Shown: positions 29,848 to 39,255 of the stretch, in pieces
Layout of the letters: every line of letters starts with the position of its first letter
Position numbering within the stretch: position 1 is the stretch's first letter
Assembly (NCBI GenBank): GCA_022566015.1
Contig: JADFJT010000001.1
Location: 29,143 to 93,142, forward strand
Direction of reading: 5' to 3'
From: Pseudomonadota bacterium
Lineage (GTDB): Bacteria; Pseudomonadota; Gammaproteobacteria; GCA-001735895
Length of the DNA stretch: 64,000 nt
Position numbers and translations under genes: made by a program
The notes under the pieces: model-generated
The model's database searches: none
Told to the model about the DNA's origin: nothing
The model's input: the letters and a program-made list of their open reading frames with translations, nothing else

Positions 29848-31344
29848 TTAGGAATTCGCCACCTCAGGTAACACGGACGCAAGCACATCGATACCGTTTC
29901 TAAGTATTTCAGGCGGAACACTCGCAAAACCCAGCACCAAGCCACCGCGCTTTGGCGGGTGTTGGTAGCAGCTGGACAAAGGCATGATGTCGATTCCCCG
30001 GGAAGCCGCGGACTCAGACACGGCCACATCATCTATGCCCTCTGGCAACCAGCCTATCAGGTGAAATCCCGCATTGGTTGGTGAGACATCAAGCAAACCA
30101 TCGAGTTTCGAGTGCGCCGCTTCAAGCAAGGCATCCTGGCGTTCTTTATAAATCTTACGCATGCGGCGAATATGTCGTGCAAAATGCCCCTCCGTGATGA
30201 AATTCGCCACCGCCGCCTGCAAGTGTGTTGGCGGACCTTTCGAAATAATACCAATGGCGGAAGTAAAAGCTTCCGACAGACTCGGCGGAATTACCAGATA
30301 GCCAAGACGCAATGAGGGGAAAAGAACCTTGCTGAAAGTTCCGATATAGATCGTACACTCATGCTGATCGAGCCCCTGCATCGCTGGCAATAGCTGGTCG
30401 ATATAGCGAAATTCACTATCGTAATCATCTTCTATCAACCAAGCATCCCTCTGGCGTGCCCATTCGAGAATTTCCAGACGACGCGAGAACGGCATGACCA
30501 TGCCGAGTGGAAGCTGGTGTGAGGGCGTTAGGTAAGCGAGCCGGGCATTTGGTTCCAGCGCGCAACCTGCTGTAACGTCGAGACCGTGTTTATCGACTGG
30601 CACTGGTATCAAATTTAAGCCCGCAGCTACAAATGCGCCTCGAGCCCCAACGTATCCGGGCTCTTCAACCCACACCGAATCACCAGGATCGAGAAGCATA
30701 TTGGCGACCAACCCAAAGGCCTGTTGCGCTCCTGCTACGATAATAACCTGTTCCCAACGACAGGTTATACCACGAGCGCTCGCGAGATAGGATGCGATCG
30801 CTTTTCGTAAGGGTCGGTATCCAGCCAGTTCTCCATAGCCCATTTTCCCATCATCAAGCCTGTGCCACTGGCGTGCAAGAACCTTTGCCCAGATTTTGAA
30901 GGGGAATTGTTCCAGTCCAGGAACGCTGTGAACAAAGGAGCGTGCATGAGAATAGCCTGAATTATCCTGAGCGTCGGCGATCTTGAGCCCGCACCTGGAA
31001 AGGGATGCAGCAGAAAGAGGTTTTTCTACCCCTGATAATTTCTTGGTGGCTGCTGGTTGCAATAGCTCATCGATGATTTGCGACGCAACGTAGGTTCCAG
31101 AGCCTCAGCGGCTGGACAAATAACCTTCGGCTATTAACTGATCGAACGCATGTCTGACCGTTGTTCTTGATACTTTGAGGTCGTACATCAATTCGCGTGT
31201 CGAAGGAATCCGTGTCCCCGAAGCAAGTTCTCCGGAAATAATTAAGCTGCGTAAAGTATCGTAAATCTGATGGTAAAGCTGCACGGTGGAATTTCGGCTC
31301 AGATTTATTGCATCTAAAAATGCGCCATCGGGGGATTTGGACAT
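29848..31344 (-). pseudogene. MocR/GabR-family regulator (GntR HTH + class-I aminotransferase-like domain) interrupted by an in-frame TGA at 31105-31107
   Basis: HTH ORF 31105-31344 and aminotransferase-domain ORF 29848-31062 are in the same frame. The junction reads ...AEGYLSSR-TGA-GSGTYVAS..., the conserved MocR linker. Confidence 0.7.
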
Positions 31345-31492
31345 GATCTTCTTATGTTAAAGCATGCAAATTGGGCTTCCCATTTTGTTCTATAGTGGGT
31401 CTTGACACAAGCCCGCTTTAACAACAAGCTACATCATAATAAGCACCAGGCGGGTAAACACTATTATCGGGGACTCCCCCGAGGAAAACACT

Positions 31493-32986
31493 ATGATCAA
31501 GCTAAAAACATTTATCGTCACGGCTGTGCTGGCCGTGTTGCCGATATCACTGGCACAGGCGGCGGGCGGGACTTTCCTTACGGCTCACGATCTTGGCTTC
31601 GGCGGTTCAGAAAATGCCGATCCGATCCACCCGAATCGCTTCTGGCAGGTCACCGAAAAGACAATGAACCGTCTAGTCCGGCCATCCGCGGCGGGAGAAC
31701 CTACCCCGGATCTGGCTGTGTCCTGGTCGGCAAATGATGCTGCGACCGAATGGACGTTTAAGCTCCGCGCAGGCGTCAAGTTCCACGATGGGACTGATTT
31801 TGATGCAGCCGATGTAGTCGATTTGCTGAATCGAATTAAAGATCCTGAACTCGACTCACCCGTCGCTTCCGTCCTTGCGGTGATGGAGAAAGTCGAGGCC
31901 ATCGATCCTTTGACCGTGAAAATATCCTTGTCTGCGGCTCATGCGGATTTTCCCATGCTGATCATGGATTATCGTATTCGGATGACCCCCTCAGGTTCAG
32001 GCGATACGATTGGGAAGACAGGCATCGGCACCGGCCCGTTTATTCTGGAAACTCTCGACCCTGAGGGTACGACAGTGCTGAAGGCCAATCCCGACTATTG
32101 GGAAGGGGCACCGGCTGTTGAAACAATTAAGATCATCGCCATTCCAGACGCACAGGCTCGTGTCCAGGCGTTGCTTAGCGGCCAGATAGATATGCTTCGT
32201 CATATTTCGGCACAGGAGAAGGTGCTCTTCGAAAACAATCCGAAATTTAAAATTCAACAGGTCAACACGGGTGACTGGCTGGCGGCTATCGTTTTTAGAA
32301 CCGACATCGAACCTTTCACCGATGTTCGCGTCCGTAAGGCGGTGCGTATAGCTGCCGATCGCGAGGCTATGATTAATCTGGTGCTAGGCCCCGGTGGCGG
32401 TGTTGTCACATGTGACCACCCGGTATGGACAGGCGATCAATACCGCGCACAGATCGAATGCCCACAACAAATTGATGAGGCTAAACGGTTGCTTGCTGAA
32501 GCGGGCTATCCCGATGGTATCGAAATTGATGTAGTCACCAGTGACCTCAGAGCCCTCTGGGTCGATATGGTCCAGGTTTACCAACAGCAGGTTGCGGCGG
32601 CGGGGATCAAGATTAATCTGGTGAAGGCCCCGGCGGACGGATATTGGTCGGACGTGTGGATGAAAAAACCAGTTGTGACCACGAGTTGGGGACAGCGTCC
32701 TGCTGATCAGGTGTTCAATGAAGCTTATCGCAGTACCGCTTCCTGGAATGAGAGCTATTGGAAAAATCCCGAATTTGATCGAAAGTTGGATCAGGCTCGC
32801 CAGGAACTCGATCGCGCGAAACGCACGGCTCTTTACCAGGACCTCCAAAAAATGCTTTTTGAAGAGGGCGGAACTTTCACCCCGTTCCATGTGAATCAGG
32901 TGGTCGTGACGAGCGCTCGGGTAACGGGACTTCCGGTAATGTTCGACGATGGCGTTCAATACCACAATGTAAGTGTTGGCGAGTAA
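31493..32986 (+). CDS. ABC transporter substrate-binding protein, family 5 (Dpp/Opp/Nik-like)
   Basis: 497 aa with signal peptide and SBP_bac_5-like sequence. Confidence 0.8.
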   Translation: MIKLKTFIVTAVLAVLPISLAQAAGGTFLTAHDLGFGGSENADPIHPNRFWQVTEKTMNRLVRPSAAGEPTPDLAVSWSANDAATEWTFKLRAGVKFHDGTDFDAADVVDLLNRIKDPELDSPVASVLAVMEKVEAIDPLTVKISLSAAHADFPMLIMDYRIRMTPSGSGDTIGKTGIGTGPFILETLDPEGTTVLKANPDYWEGAPAVETIKIIAIPDAQARVQALLSGQIDMLRHISAQEKVLFENNPKFKIQQVNTGDWLAAIVFRTDIEPFTDVRVRKAVRIAADREAMINLVLGPGGGVVTCDHPVWTGDQYRAQIECPQQIDEAKRLLAEAGYPDGIEIDVVTSDLRALWVDMVQVYQQQVAAAGIKINLVKAPADGYWSDVWMKKPVVTTSWGQRPADQVFNEAYRSTASWNESYWKNPEFDRKLDQARQELDRAKRTALYQDLQKMLFEEGGTFTPFHVNQVVVTSARVTGLPVMFDDGVQYHNVSVGE

Positions 32987-33105
32987 ACACTGTTCGCTGT
33001 TGGTTAATTCGGGCACAACGTAAAAACAGGAGCGCAAGGAGTTTCCCTGGTCGGTAACCCCTTGCGCATCCCTCCCAGTTTCAGCCAGTCGTTGGGAAAA
33101 TAAAT

Positions 33106-34029
33106 TTGAAACTCGTTAGCTATAATATCCGTTTTGGTCTCGGCCTCGATCAGAAAGTTGATCTAGAACGCATTGCTGATACCGTAAAAGACGCCGACAT
33201 CATCGCTCTGCAGGAAGTCGAACGTTTTTGGAAGCGAAGTGGCATGACGGATCAGCCGGAAATAATTTCAAGTTATCTGAAACAATACTATTGGCTTTAC
33301 TTCCCGGCCTTTGATGTAGATGCAAGCGAGGTCAATGGCGACGGGTCCATTTTAAATCGACGCCGCCAATTTGGTCCCATGGTACTTTCTCGATGGCCCA
33401 TTCGCATGGCGCGTTACATCGTGTTCCCGAAATTGGGCACGATAGACAGTTTGGCTATGGATACGGGGGCTATAGAGTGCGTCGTCGATACGCCTTCGGG
33501 ATCTTTAATGGTTTATTCCCTTCATCTATCTGCGGTTTCAAGCCGCGACCGCCTGATGCAGGTTGATCGTTTATTGGAATTCTACCGCAACGCCCCGGTG
33601 AGCGGCGGTTCCTGGACGGGGGGTGGTGAGTGGGTTACCGACCCAGTCGAGAGCAAACATATGGCTGAGCTGAACTGGAGTAATGATGAGTCTATTCCAC
33701 TGATACCCAAAGAAGCTGTAGTGATGGGTGACTTTAACATGATACCCGATAGCGAAGAATACAACCGGATGGTTAGCGCGCCGGACCATAGCTTTGGTCG
33801 GGTTGGGCATACGGACAGTTTTCTCGATAGCTGGACTGTGGCCAGGGAACGTTCAGATGAACGTGTCAGTTGGTTCCCCGATCCCTCCGAGCGTAAACCT
33901 GGCTATCCTATATGCCTGGATTACTGCTTCATATCGCCTTACCTGTCACAAAAGGTCCAGCGCGCCTGGATCGAGCAGGATTCGATTGGCTCGGATCATA
34001 AACCTTATTGTGTTGAACTGGACTTCTGA
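33106..34029 (+). CDS. Endonuclease/exonuclease/phosphatase (EEP)-family protein
   Basis: N-terminal VSYNIRFG...DADIIALQEV and C-terminal GSDHKP motifs of the EEP fold; no signal peptide; TTG start. Confidence 0.7.
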   Translation: MKLVSYNIRFGLGLDQKVDLERIADTVKDADIIALQEVERFWKRSGMTDQPEIISSYLKQYYWLYFPAFDVDASEVNGDGSILNRRRQFGPMVLSRWPIRMARYIVFPKLGTIDSLAMDTGAIECVVDTPSGSLMVYSLHLSAVSSRDRLMQVDRLLEFYRNAPVSGGSWTGGGEWVTDPVESKHMAELNWSNDESIPLIPKEAVVMGDFNMIPDSEEYNRMVSAPDHSFGRVGHTDSFLDSWTVARERSDERVSWFPDPSERKPGYPICLDYCFISPYLSQKVQRAWIEQDSIGSDHKPYCVELDF

Positions 34030-34124
34030 ATTCATGCGTAATGCCCCACCTCCTTGCTATCTGATGACGTGATAGCGACACTAGTAAATCGCTTGATCGC
34101 TGCAGGCAAGCGAACGGGGGCATT

Positions 34125-35075
34125 ATGATCAAGCTTTTCCTGCAAAGAATTGTGCTCGGATTACTCACGCTGGTGTTTGTCTCCGGCATTGTGTTCGTTG
34201 CGGTAGAAGCCCTCCCCGGTGATGCCTGTACGGCCTATCTGGGGAGGATGGCCAAGGGAACACGTCTGGAAAACTGCCGCAGGGATTTCGGGATCGAGCG
34301 TCCCGCCCTGACACGGTACGCCGAATGGACGCTGGGGACGCTGCAGGGCGATTTCGGTATGTCCTTGAGCCGCGATAAGCCGATCTCCGACATCATCGGC
34401 ACACGTCTTCGAAATACACTGATTCTTGGTTTGAGCGCAACTCTTATCGGCGTGCCACTAGCAATTTTTCTGGGAATTATTGCGGGTCTCTGGCGAGATC
34501 GACCGCTGGATCTGTGGATTTCCACCATCGCGATCTTCGCTATGACAATTCCCGAGTTCGTGAGCTCAACACTGTTGATTTTGGTATTTAGCGTGTGGCT
34601 TGGCTGGCTTCCAGGCATCGTAACAACGCCGCCCAACGCGCCGCTAACCGAGTTCCTGTCAGATATTATCCTTCCTATCATCGCGCTCGCGCTGGTTATG
34701 ACGGCTCACATCCTGCGCATGGTTCGTACCAGCGTGATCGACGTCATGGGTAGTGATTACGTCCAGATGGCGCGGCTTAAGGGTGTTCCTTACTGGCGCA
34801 TGGTGTTTCGGCATGTGTTGCCAAACGCCCTGTTGCCAACGATCAATCTTGTCGCTTTGACGATTGCATGGTTATTGGGAGGCGTCGTCGTCATCGAGGT
34901 GGTGTTTAATTATCCCGGCCTCGGTCGCCTGACGATTGATGCTATTTCGGATCGCGATCTCGCACTGGTTCAAGCCATTGCTCTCGTATTAGCGGCTGTC
35001 TACATTGGTCTTAACCTGTTTGCGGATTTGTTGACATTGATTGTTAATCCGAGGCTCAGGACGATGCGGCATTAA
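34125..35075 (+). CDS. ABC transporter permease (DppB-like)
   Basis: 316-aa multi-TM protein with an EAA-like loop. Confidence 0.8.
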   Translation: MIKLFLQRIVLGLLTLVFVSGIVFVAVEALPGDACTAYLGRMAKGTRLENCRRDFGIERPALTRYAEWTLGTLQGDFGMSLSRDKPISDIIGTRLRNTLILGLSATLIGVPLAIFLGIIAGLWRDRPLDLWISTIAIFAMTIPEFVSSTLLILVFSVWLGWLPGIVTTPPNAPLTEFLSDIILPIIALALVMTAHILRMVRTSVIDVMGSDYVQMARLKGVPYWRMVFRHVLPNALLPTINLVALTIAWLLGGVVVIEVVFNYPGLGRLTIDAISDRDLALVQAIALVLAAVYIGLNLFADLLTLIVNPRLRTMRH

Positions 35076-35077
35076 TC

Positions 35078-35965
35078 ATGAGTGACACAACAACCCTGAT
35101 ACGAGAAAATGCATTCGTTAAACTGTTGAATATTTTAGCAGATATGGTTTCGCGGCCTTCCGGCCTCGTGGGGCTCTCTCTGGTCGGTTTCCACATTGTT
35201 CTGGCTATCGTATCACCGGCCATCGTGCCTTACGATTACAGGGTTATGGATTCTCTGGCGATCCTCAGCGGACCTTCGGCCGAACATTGGTTGGGCACTG
35301 ATAACCTTGGGCGTGATATTCTGACGCGAACAATGCTAGGTGGCCAACAGGCACTCCTGGTGACCAGTATTGGAACTGTGATCGCCATAGCGTGGGGCGG
35401 TATGTTAGGGGTCATGTTAGGGCTCATCGGTGGGTGGCTCGAGAATCTCGTGATGCGTCTGGTCGATGCTTTTCTTGCGATTCCATGGATATTGTTCCTG
35501 CTGTTGATCGTTTCTGTGGTTGGCCTCGGTAACGCTGTGCTGATCCCTACGCTGGCTTTTTTCTACGGTATCCCTGTTGTACGAATGTCCCGAGCGGCAA
35601 CCCATGATGTGGTGGCGCTCGATTATATTACGGCTGCCAGGGCGCGAGGTGAATCGAGAATAACAATAGTAATAAAAGAACTGCTGCCCAACGTGCTGGA
35701 TGTTTTGCTGGTTGAAGCGGCCATGCGCTGGTCATGGATGCTTCTGGCGTTTAGCTCGCTGTCATTTCTCGGGTTTGGCGTTACGCCTCCTACGGCGGAC
35801 TGGGGCTTGATGATTGCTGGTGCGCGGAGCTTCATGTCGTTTGCGCCCTGGGCCGTGCTGGCGCCTGTGGTCGCGCTCAGCTCTTTGATTATCGGAATCA
35901 ACTTGAGTGCCGATGCATTAGCCAAGGCTTTGGGTATAGACCGCGCCCAAAAGGCACCGCTATAG
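35078..35965 (+). CDS. ABC transporter permease (DppC-like)
   Basis: 295-aa multi-TM protein; 3-nt spacing from the upstream gene. Confidence 0.8.
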   Translation: MSDTTTLIRENAFVKLLNILADMVSRPSGLVGLSLVGFHIVLAIVSPAIVPYDYRVMDSLAILSGPSAEHWLGTDNLGRDILTRTMLGGQQALLVTSIGTVIAIAWGGMLGVMLGLIGGWLENLVMRLVDAFLAIPWILFLLLIVSVVGLGNAVLIPTLAFFYGIPVVRMSRAATHDVVALDYITAARARGESRITIVIKELLPNVLDVLLVEAAMRWSWMLLAFSSLSFLGFGVTPPTADWGLMIAGARSFMSFAPWAVLAPVVALSSLIIGINLSADALAKALGIDRAQKAPL

Positions 35966-35967
35966 AA

Positions 35968-38055
35968 ATGATGATGAACGATCCACTGATTCAGGTAAAA
36001 GATCTCAGCGTCGGTTTTACCAATCGTGCAGGTGACACGCTGCCAATCCTGCGCAACATTGATCTGTCGCTCCACAAGGGCGATACGATTGGGCTGGTTG
36101 GTGAATCGGGATGTGGCAAGAGCACCCTGGCTCTCGCCATGATGGGCTACCTGAAAACCGGTCTGCGTGTATTGGACGGGGAAAGCGATTTTAAAGGGCA
36201 CGATGTGTTCGGTCTCGACCATCATGCTCTGGAAGATATTCGCGGCGGCGAATTGGCGCTGATCCCGCAAAATGCTGGCCAGTCATTGACACCGACAATG
36301 CGGATTGGGCAGCAGATCAACGAAGCATTGATGCTGCACACCAGCCTCTCGAAATCTCAGTGGCGTGAGCGCTCCATTGAAGTCCTGACACAGGTTCGTC
36401 TGCCAGAACCGGAAGTCCTGTTTGATCGCTACCCGCACGAACTTTCTGGTGGTCAGCAGCAGCGTGTTGCCATCGCCATGGCGCTGGCCGGTGAGCCAGA
36501 CGTATTACTGCTCGATGAACCTACGACGGGACTCGATGTAACCACGCAAGCTCATGTGCTGGAGTTGTTGAGTGGGCTGGCGGCAGAGACTGGAATGGCT
36601 ATGGTTTATGTCAGCCACGACCTGGGAGCTATTGCGCGAATCTGTGATACGGTGGTGGTGATGTACGCTGGGGAAATAGTCCTCAGTGGTACAGCACGCC
36701 AGGTACTGAAGCACCCTGATCACCCCTATGCTCGTGGGCTCCTCTCATCGATTCCGCGATTAAAGGAAGCCGTTGTGCCGGCGTCAATGCCTGGACAGCC
36801 TCCAGCCCCTGGAGGAGCAGGTAATGGGTGCGGATTTGTGGACCGCTGCCCCCTGGCTGAACAACTATGCCACGATGAGAGGCCGCTACTGGAACCCGGG
36901 GCAGGCAGTGAAATGGTACGTTGCCATTTTCATGAAAGCCTTGAACAACTCCCACCTCCTGAGCCGCCAAAACGACCCGAGCGAGCGAATCTGGAGGGAG
37001 CGGACAGCATTTTGCAGCTCGAAGATGTGGCGATCAGCTATCACGAACCCGGTTTTTTTGAAAATATTCTGGGACTTGAATCGATGGTTCCCCCCACAGT
37101 CGATAGAGTCAATTTGACTATCCGCAAAGGCGAAACTATTGGATTAGTGGGTGAATCCGGAAGTGGTAAGTCGACCATTCTTCGGGCGATTGCTGGCTTG
37201 AAAGCGCCATTGAAAGGTTCAATTAAGTTTGAATCGACTGAAAACTTAAATGTTTCTGTCGATCATCGCGCAAAAGACACCTTGAGAAGAATACAGCTCA
37301 TTTTCCAAAATCCGGACTCATCTTTGAATCCGCGCCAGACAGTAGGCGAGATCTTGACTCAACCCCTGAAACTTTACTTTGGCCTTCAAGGGGAGGAATT
37401 GCGTGAGCGTATTGAAGCCCTACTGAATCGCGTTCGCCTACGTGTGGATTATATCGGTCGCTTGCCCAGTCAGCTATCCGGCGGTGAAAAGCAACGGGTC
37501 GCAGTGGCACGCGCATTCGCGGCTGAACCGGATCTGGTTTTGTGTGATGAGGTGACCTCCGCCCTTGATGTCTCGGTTCAGGCGGCTGTTCTCGAGTTGC
37601 TGACCGAGCTTCAGGCGGAGCAGGACACGACTTATATTTACGTTTCGCATGACCTGTCGGTCGTCCGCGCCGTGTCCGATCGGGTGGCCGTGCTTTACCA
37701 GGGCAGGCTATGTGAAATAGGGCCTGCGGAAAAAGTTTATAGCTTGCCTTCTCATCCCTACACGGAAGCGCTGCTTGGTGCGGTACTGGAACCTGATCCT
37801 GACATTAAGCCCAACCTGGTAACCGAAGATATCGTTGAACTCTCACCACCACCATCTGGATGCCCGTTTCAACGGCGCTGTTCGAGGCGCATAGGCGAGG
37901 TATGTGACAGGGAAACTCCTCCGTGGCAATCTACCGGGCAGGGCCATGTGATCGCCTGCCATATCCCCCTCGATGAACTACAGGTTATGCAGAAACAGAC
38001 AGACATGAGCCCTGCAACCCTGGTCGGAGATAAAACGGGCTTACTGATCACATAG
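35968..38055 (+). CDS. Fused double ABC ATPase (DppD/DppF-like, GsiA-like architecture)
   Basis: Two Walker A sites (GESGCGKST, GESGSGKST), two LSGGQ/LSGGEKQR signatures and two oligopeptide-type C-terminal Cys motifs. Confidence 0.85.
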   Translation: MMMNDPLIQVKDLSVGFTNRAGDTLPILRNIDLSLHKGDTIGLVGESGCGKSTLALAMMGYLKTGLRVLDGESDFKGHDVFGLDHHALEDIRGGELALIPQNAGQSLTPTMRIGQQINEALMLHTSLSKSQWRERSIEVLTQVRLPEPEVLFDRYPHELSGGQQQRVAIAMALAGEPDVLLLDEPTTGLDVTTQAHVLELLSGLAAETGMAMVYVSHDLGAIARICDTVVVMYAGEIVLSGTARQVLKHPDHPYARGLLSSIPRLKEAVVPASMPGQPPAPGGAGNGCGFVDRCPLAEQLCHDERPLLEPGAGSEMVRCHFHESLEQLPPPEPPKRPERANLEGADSILQLEDVAISYHEPGFFENILGLESMVPPTVDRVNLTIRKGETIGLVGESGSGKSTILRAIAGLKAPLKGSIKFESTENLNVSVDHRAKDTLRRIQLIFQNPDSSLNPRQTVGEILTQPLKLYFGLQGEELRERIEALLNRVRLRVDYIGRLPSQLSGGEKQRVAVARAFAAEPDLVLCDEVTSALDVSVQAAVLELLTELQAEQDTTYIYVSHDLSVVRAVSDRVAVLYQGRLCEIGPAEKVYSLPSHPYTEALLGAVLEPDPDIKPNLVTEDIVELSPPPSGCPFQRRCSRRIGEVCDRETPPWQSTGQGHVIACHIPLDELQVMQKQTDMSPATLVGDKTGLLIT

Positions 38056-38511
38056 AGGTCGTTGTCAACCACTAGTATCTGGTCCCGGAGAAATTACTGT
38101 AAGTCCTGACGCTCGCGTAGTTGGGCGCAAGCGAAGTCGGTCCGCCTTATTTATTCAAGGCCGCCATCGATCACACGATATAGTGGCATGCGCTTTTTTC
38201 TCCTTGTTCTGGCCAGCACCGACCTTGAAAGTTTCTGTTACCACACACCTAGAATCCACTCTTCGAGCATCACTGTCTGTCGCTCCGGGATACTGAGCGG
38301 CGGTGAAAAGTATGATTCCAGCGCTCCGCGACGATCCATCTCCTGGATCCAGGCCGCAACAGAAAAAGAACTCTCGATGTGACCGGCCATTATTCTCGAC
38401 CCGATATTTTCCAGTTACACATCGACACCCAGGCACAATCTCCATTATGTATTTAATAATCGGGACAATGTATAGTCTTCGTTCCAGAAATAATAATACT
38501 AGGAGAAGGAT

Positions 38512-38967
38512 ATGAACGAAAATGTACAGCATGAAGTCAGCTGTTTTTGCGGTGCCGTAAGTATTACCGTAACTGGCGAGCCTGAGGTCATGGGCTATTG
38601 TCATTGCGACTCCTGTCGTAATTGGTCTGCCGGCCTTACGCATGCATTTACATTATACAAGTCCACAAATTTTAACCTCACCAAGGGGTCCGATAATATT
38701 ACGGGGTTCGATAAAAATCCGGTCAGCGGAGACACAACCGTCGTCAGCAATCGTGTCTGGTGTAAAACTTGTGGCGGACATCTCTACATTGACCACCCAA
38801 CAATGGGATTAATCGACGTACCGGCCGCCCTTATAAAAGACCTGGACTTTAAACCTGCCTTTCATGTCCATTATCAAGAGACTGTACACAAGATGAAAGA
38901 CGGCTTACCTAAGTTCAAAGACATGCCGAAAGAAGTGGGTGGCTCTGGTGAAGAATTACCCGAATAG
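38512..38967 (+). CDS. GFA-family (CENP-V/glutathione-dependent formaldehyde-activating-like) zinc protein
   Basis: CFCGAV...CHCDSCR...CKTCGG cysteine pattern. Confidence 0.7.
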   Translation: MNENVQHEVSCFCGAVSITVTGEPEVMGYCHCDSCRNWSAGLTHAFTLYKSTNFNLTKGSDNITGFDKNPVSGDTTVVSNRVWCKTCGGHLYIDHPTMGLIDVPAALIKDLDFKPAFHVHYQETVHKMKDGLPKFKDMPKEVGGSGEELPE

Positions 38968-39255
38968 TACAAAAATCCTATTCGTTCTCTTTACCTCCAA
39001 CTAATCGAGACAGTATAAATATTGGACTAGGTCGCTACTGAAACAAACCTACCTCGGGTGAAATCACTCAAATAACGCTGCGCCGATGCGTCGGACCGAC
39101 CTTTCCCAGGGCGCTCTCGTTTCAGCCCTGTGAAACGAAGTTACTGTGCAATTCACCCCGAGCCAGCGTCACCCTCTTAGATACCTTCGCGAATCTACCC
39201 AGGCTAATTGGGCGCGGGAACGCTATTAGTAAATTAGGGTGCAACTGCACAATGG

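Noticed and set aside
31105-31107. In-frame TGA as selenocysteine or programmed recoding
   Set aside because: The position corresponds to a conserved Arg/Gly linker residue in MocR proteins. No SECIS-like hairpin or selenoprotein context; TGA is used as an ordinary stop elsewhere in the window.
32384-33037. 217-aa minus-strand ORF overlapping the 3' end of the SBP gene
   Set aside because: Antisense to a well-supported gene in a GC-rich region where long spurious ORFs are expected; no recognisable features.
38155-38643. 162-aa minus-strand ORF, and a ~50-codon ORF (about 38241-38391), in the 450-bp gap after the ABC ATPase
   Set aside because: Low-complexity sequence overlapping the GFA gene start; no motifs. 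The region may be non-coding island-boundary DNA.
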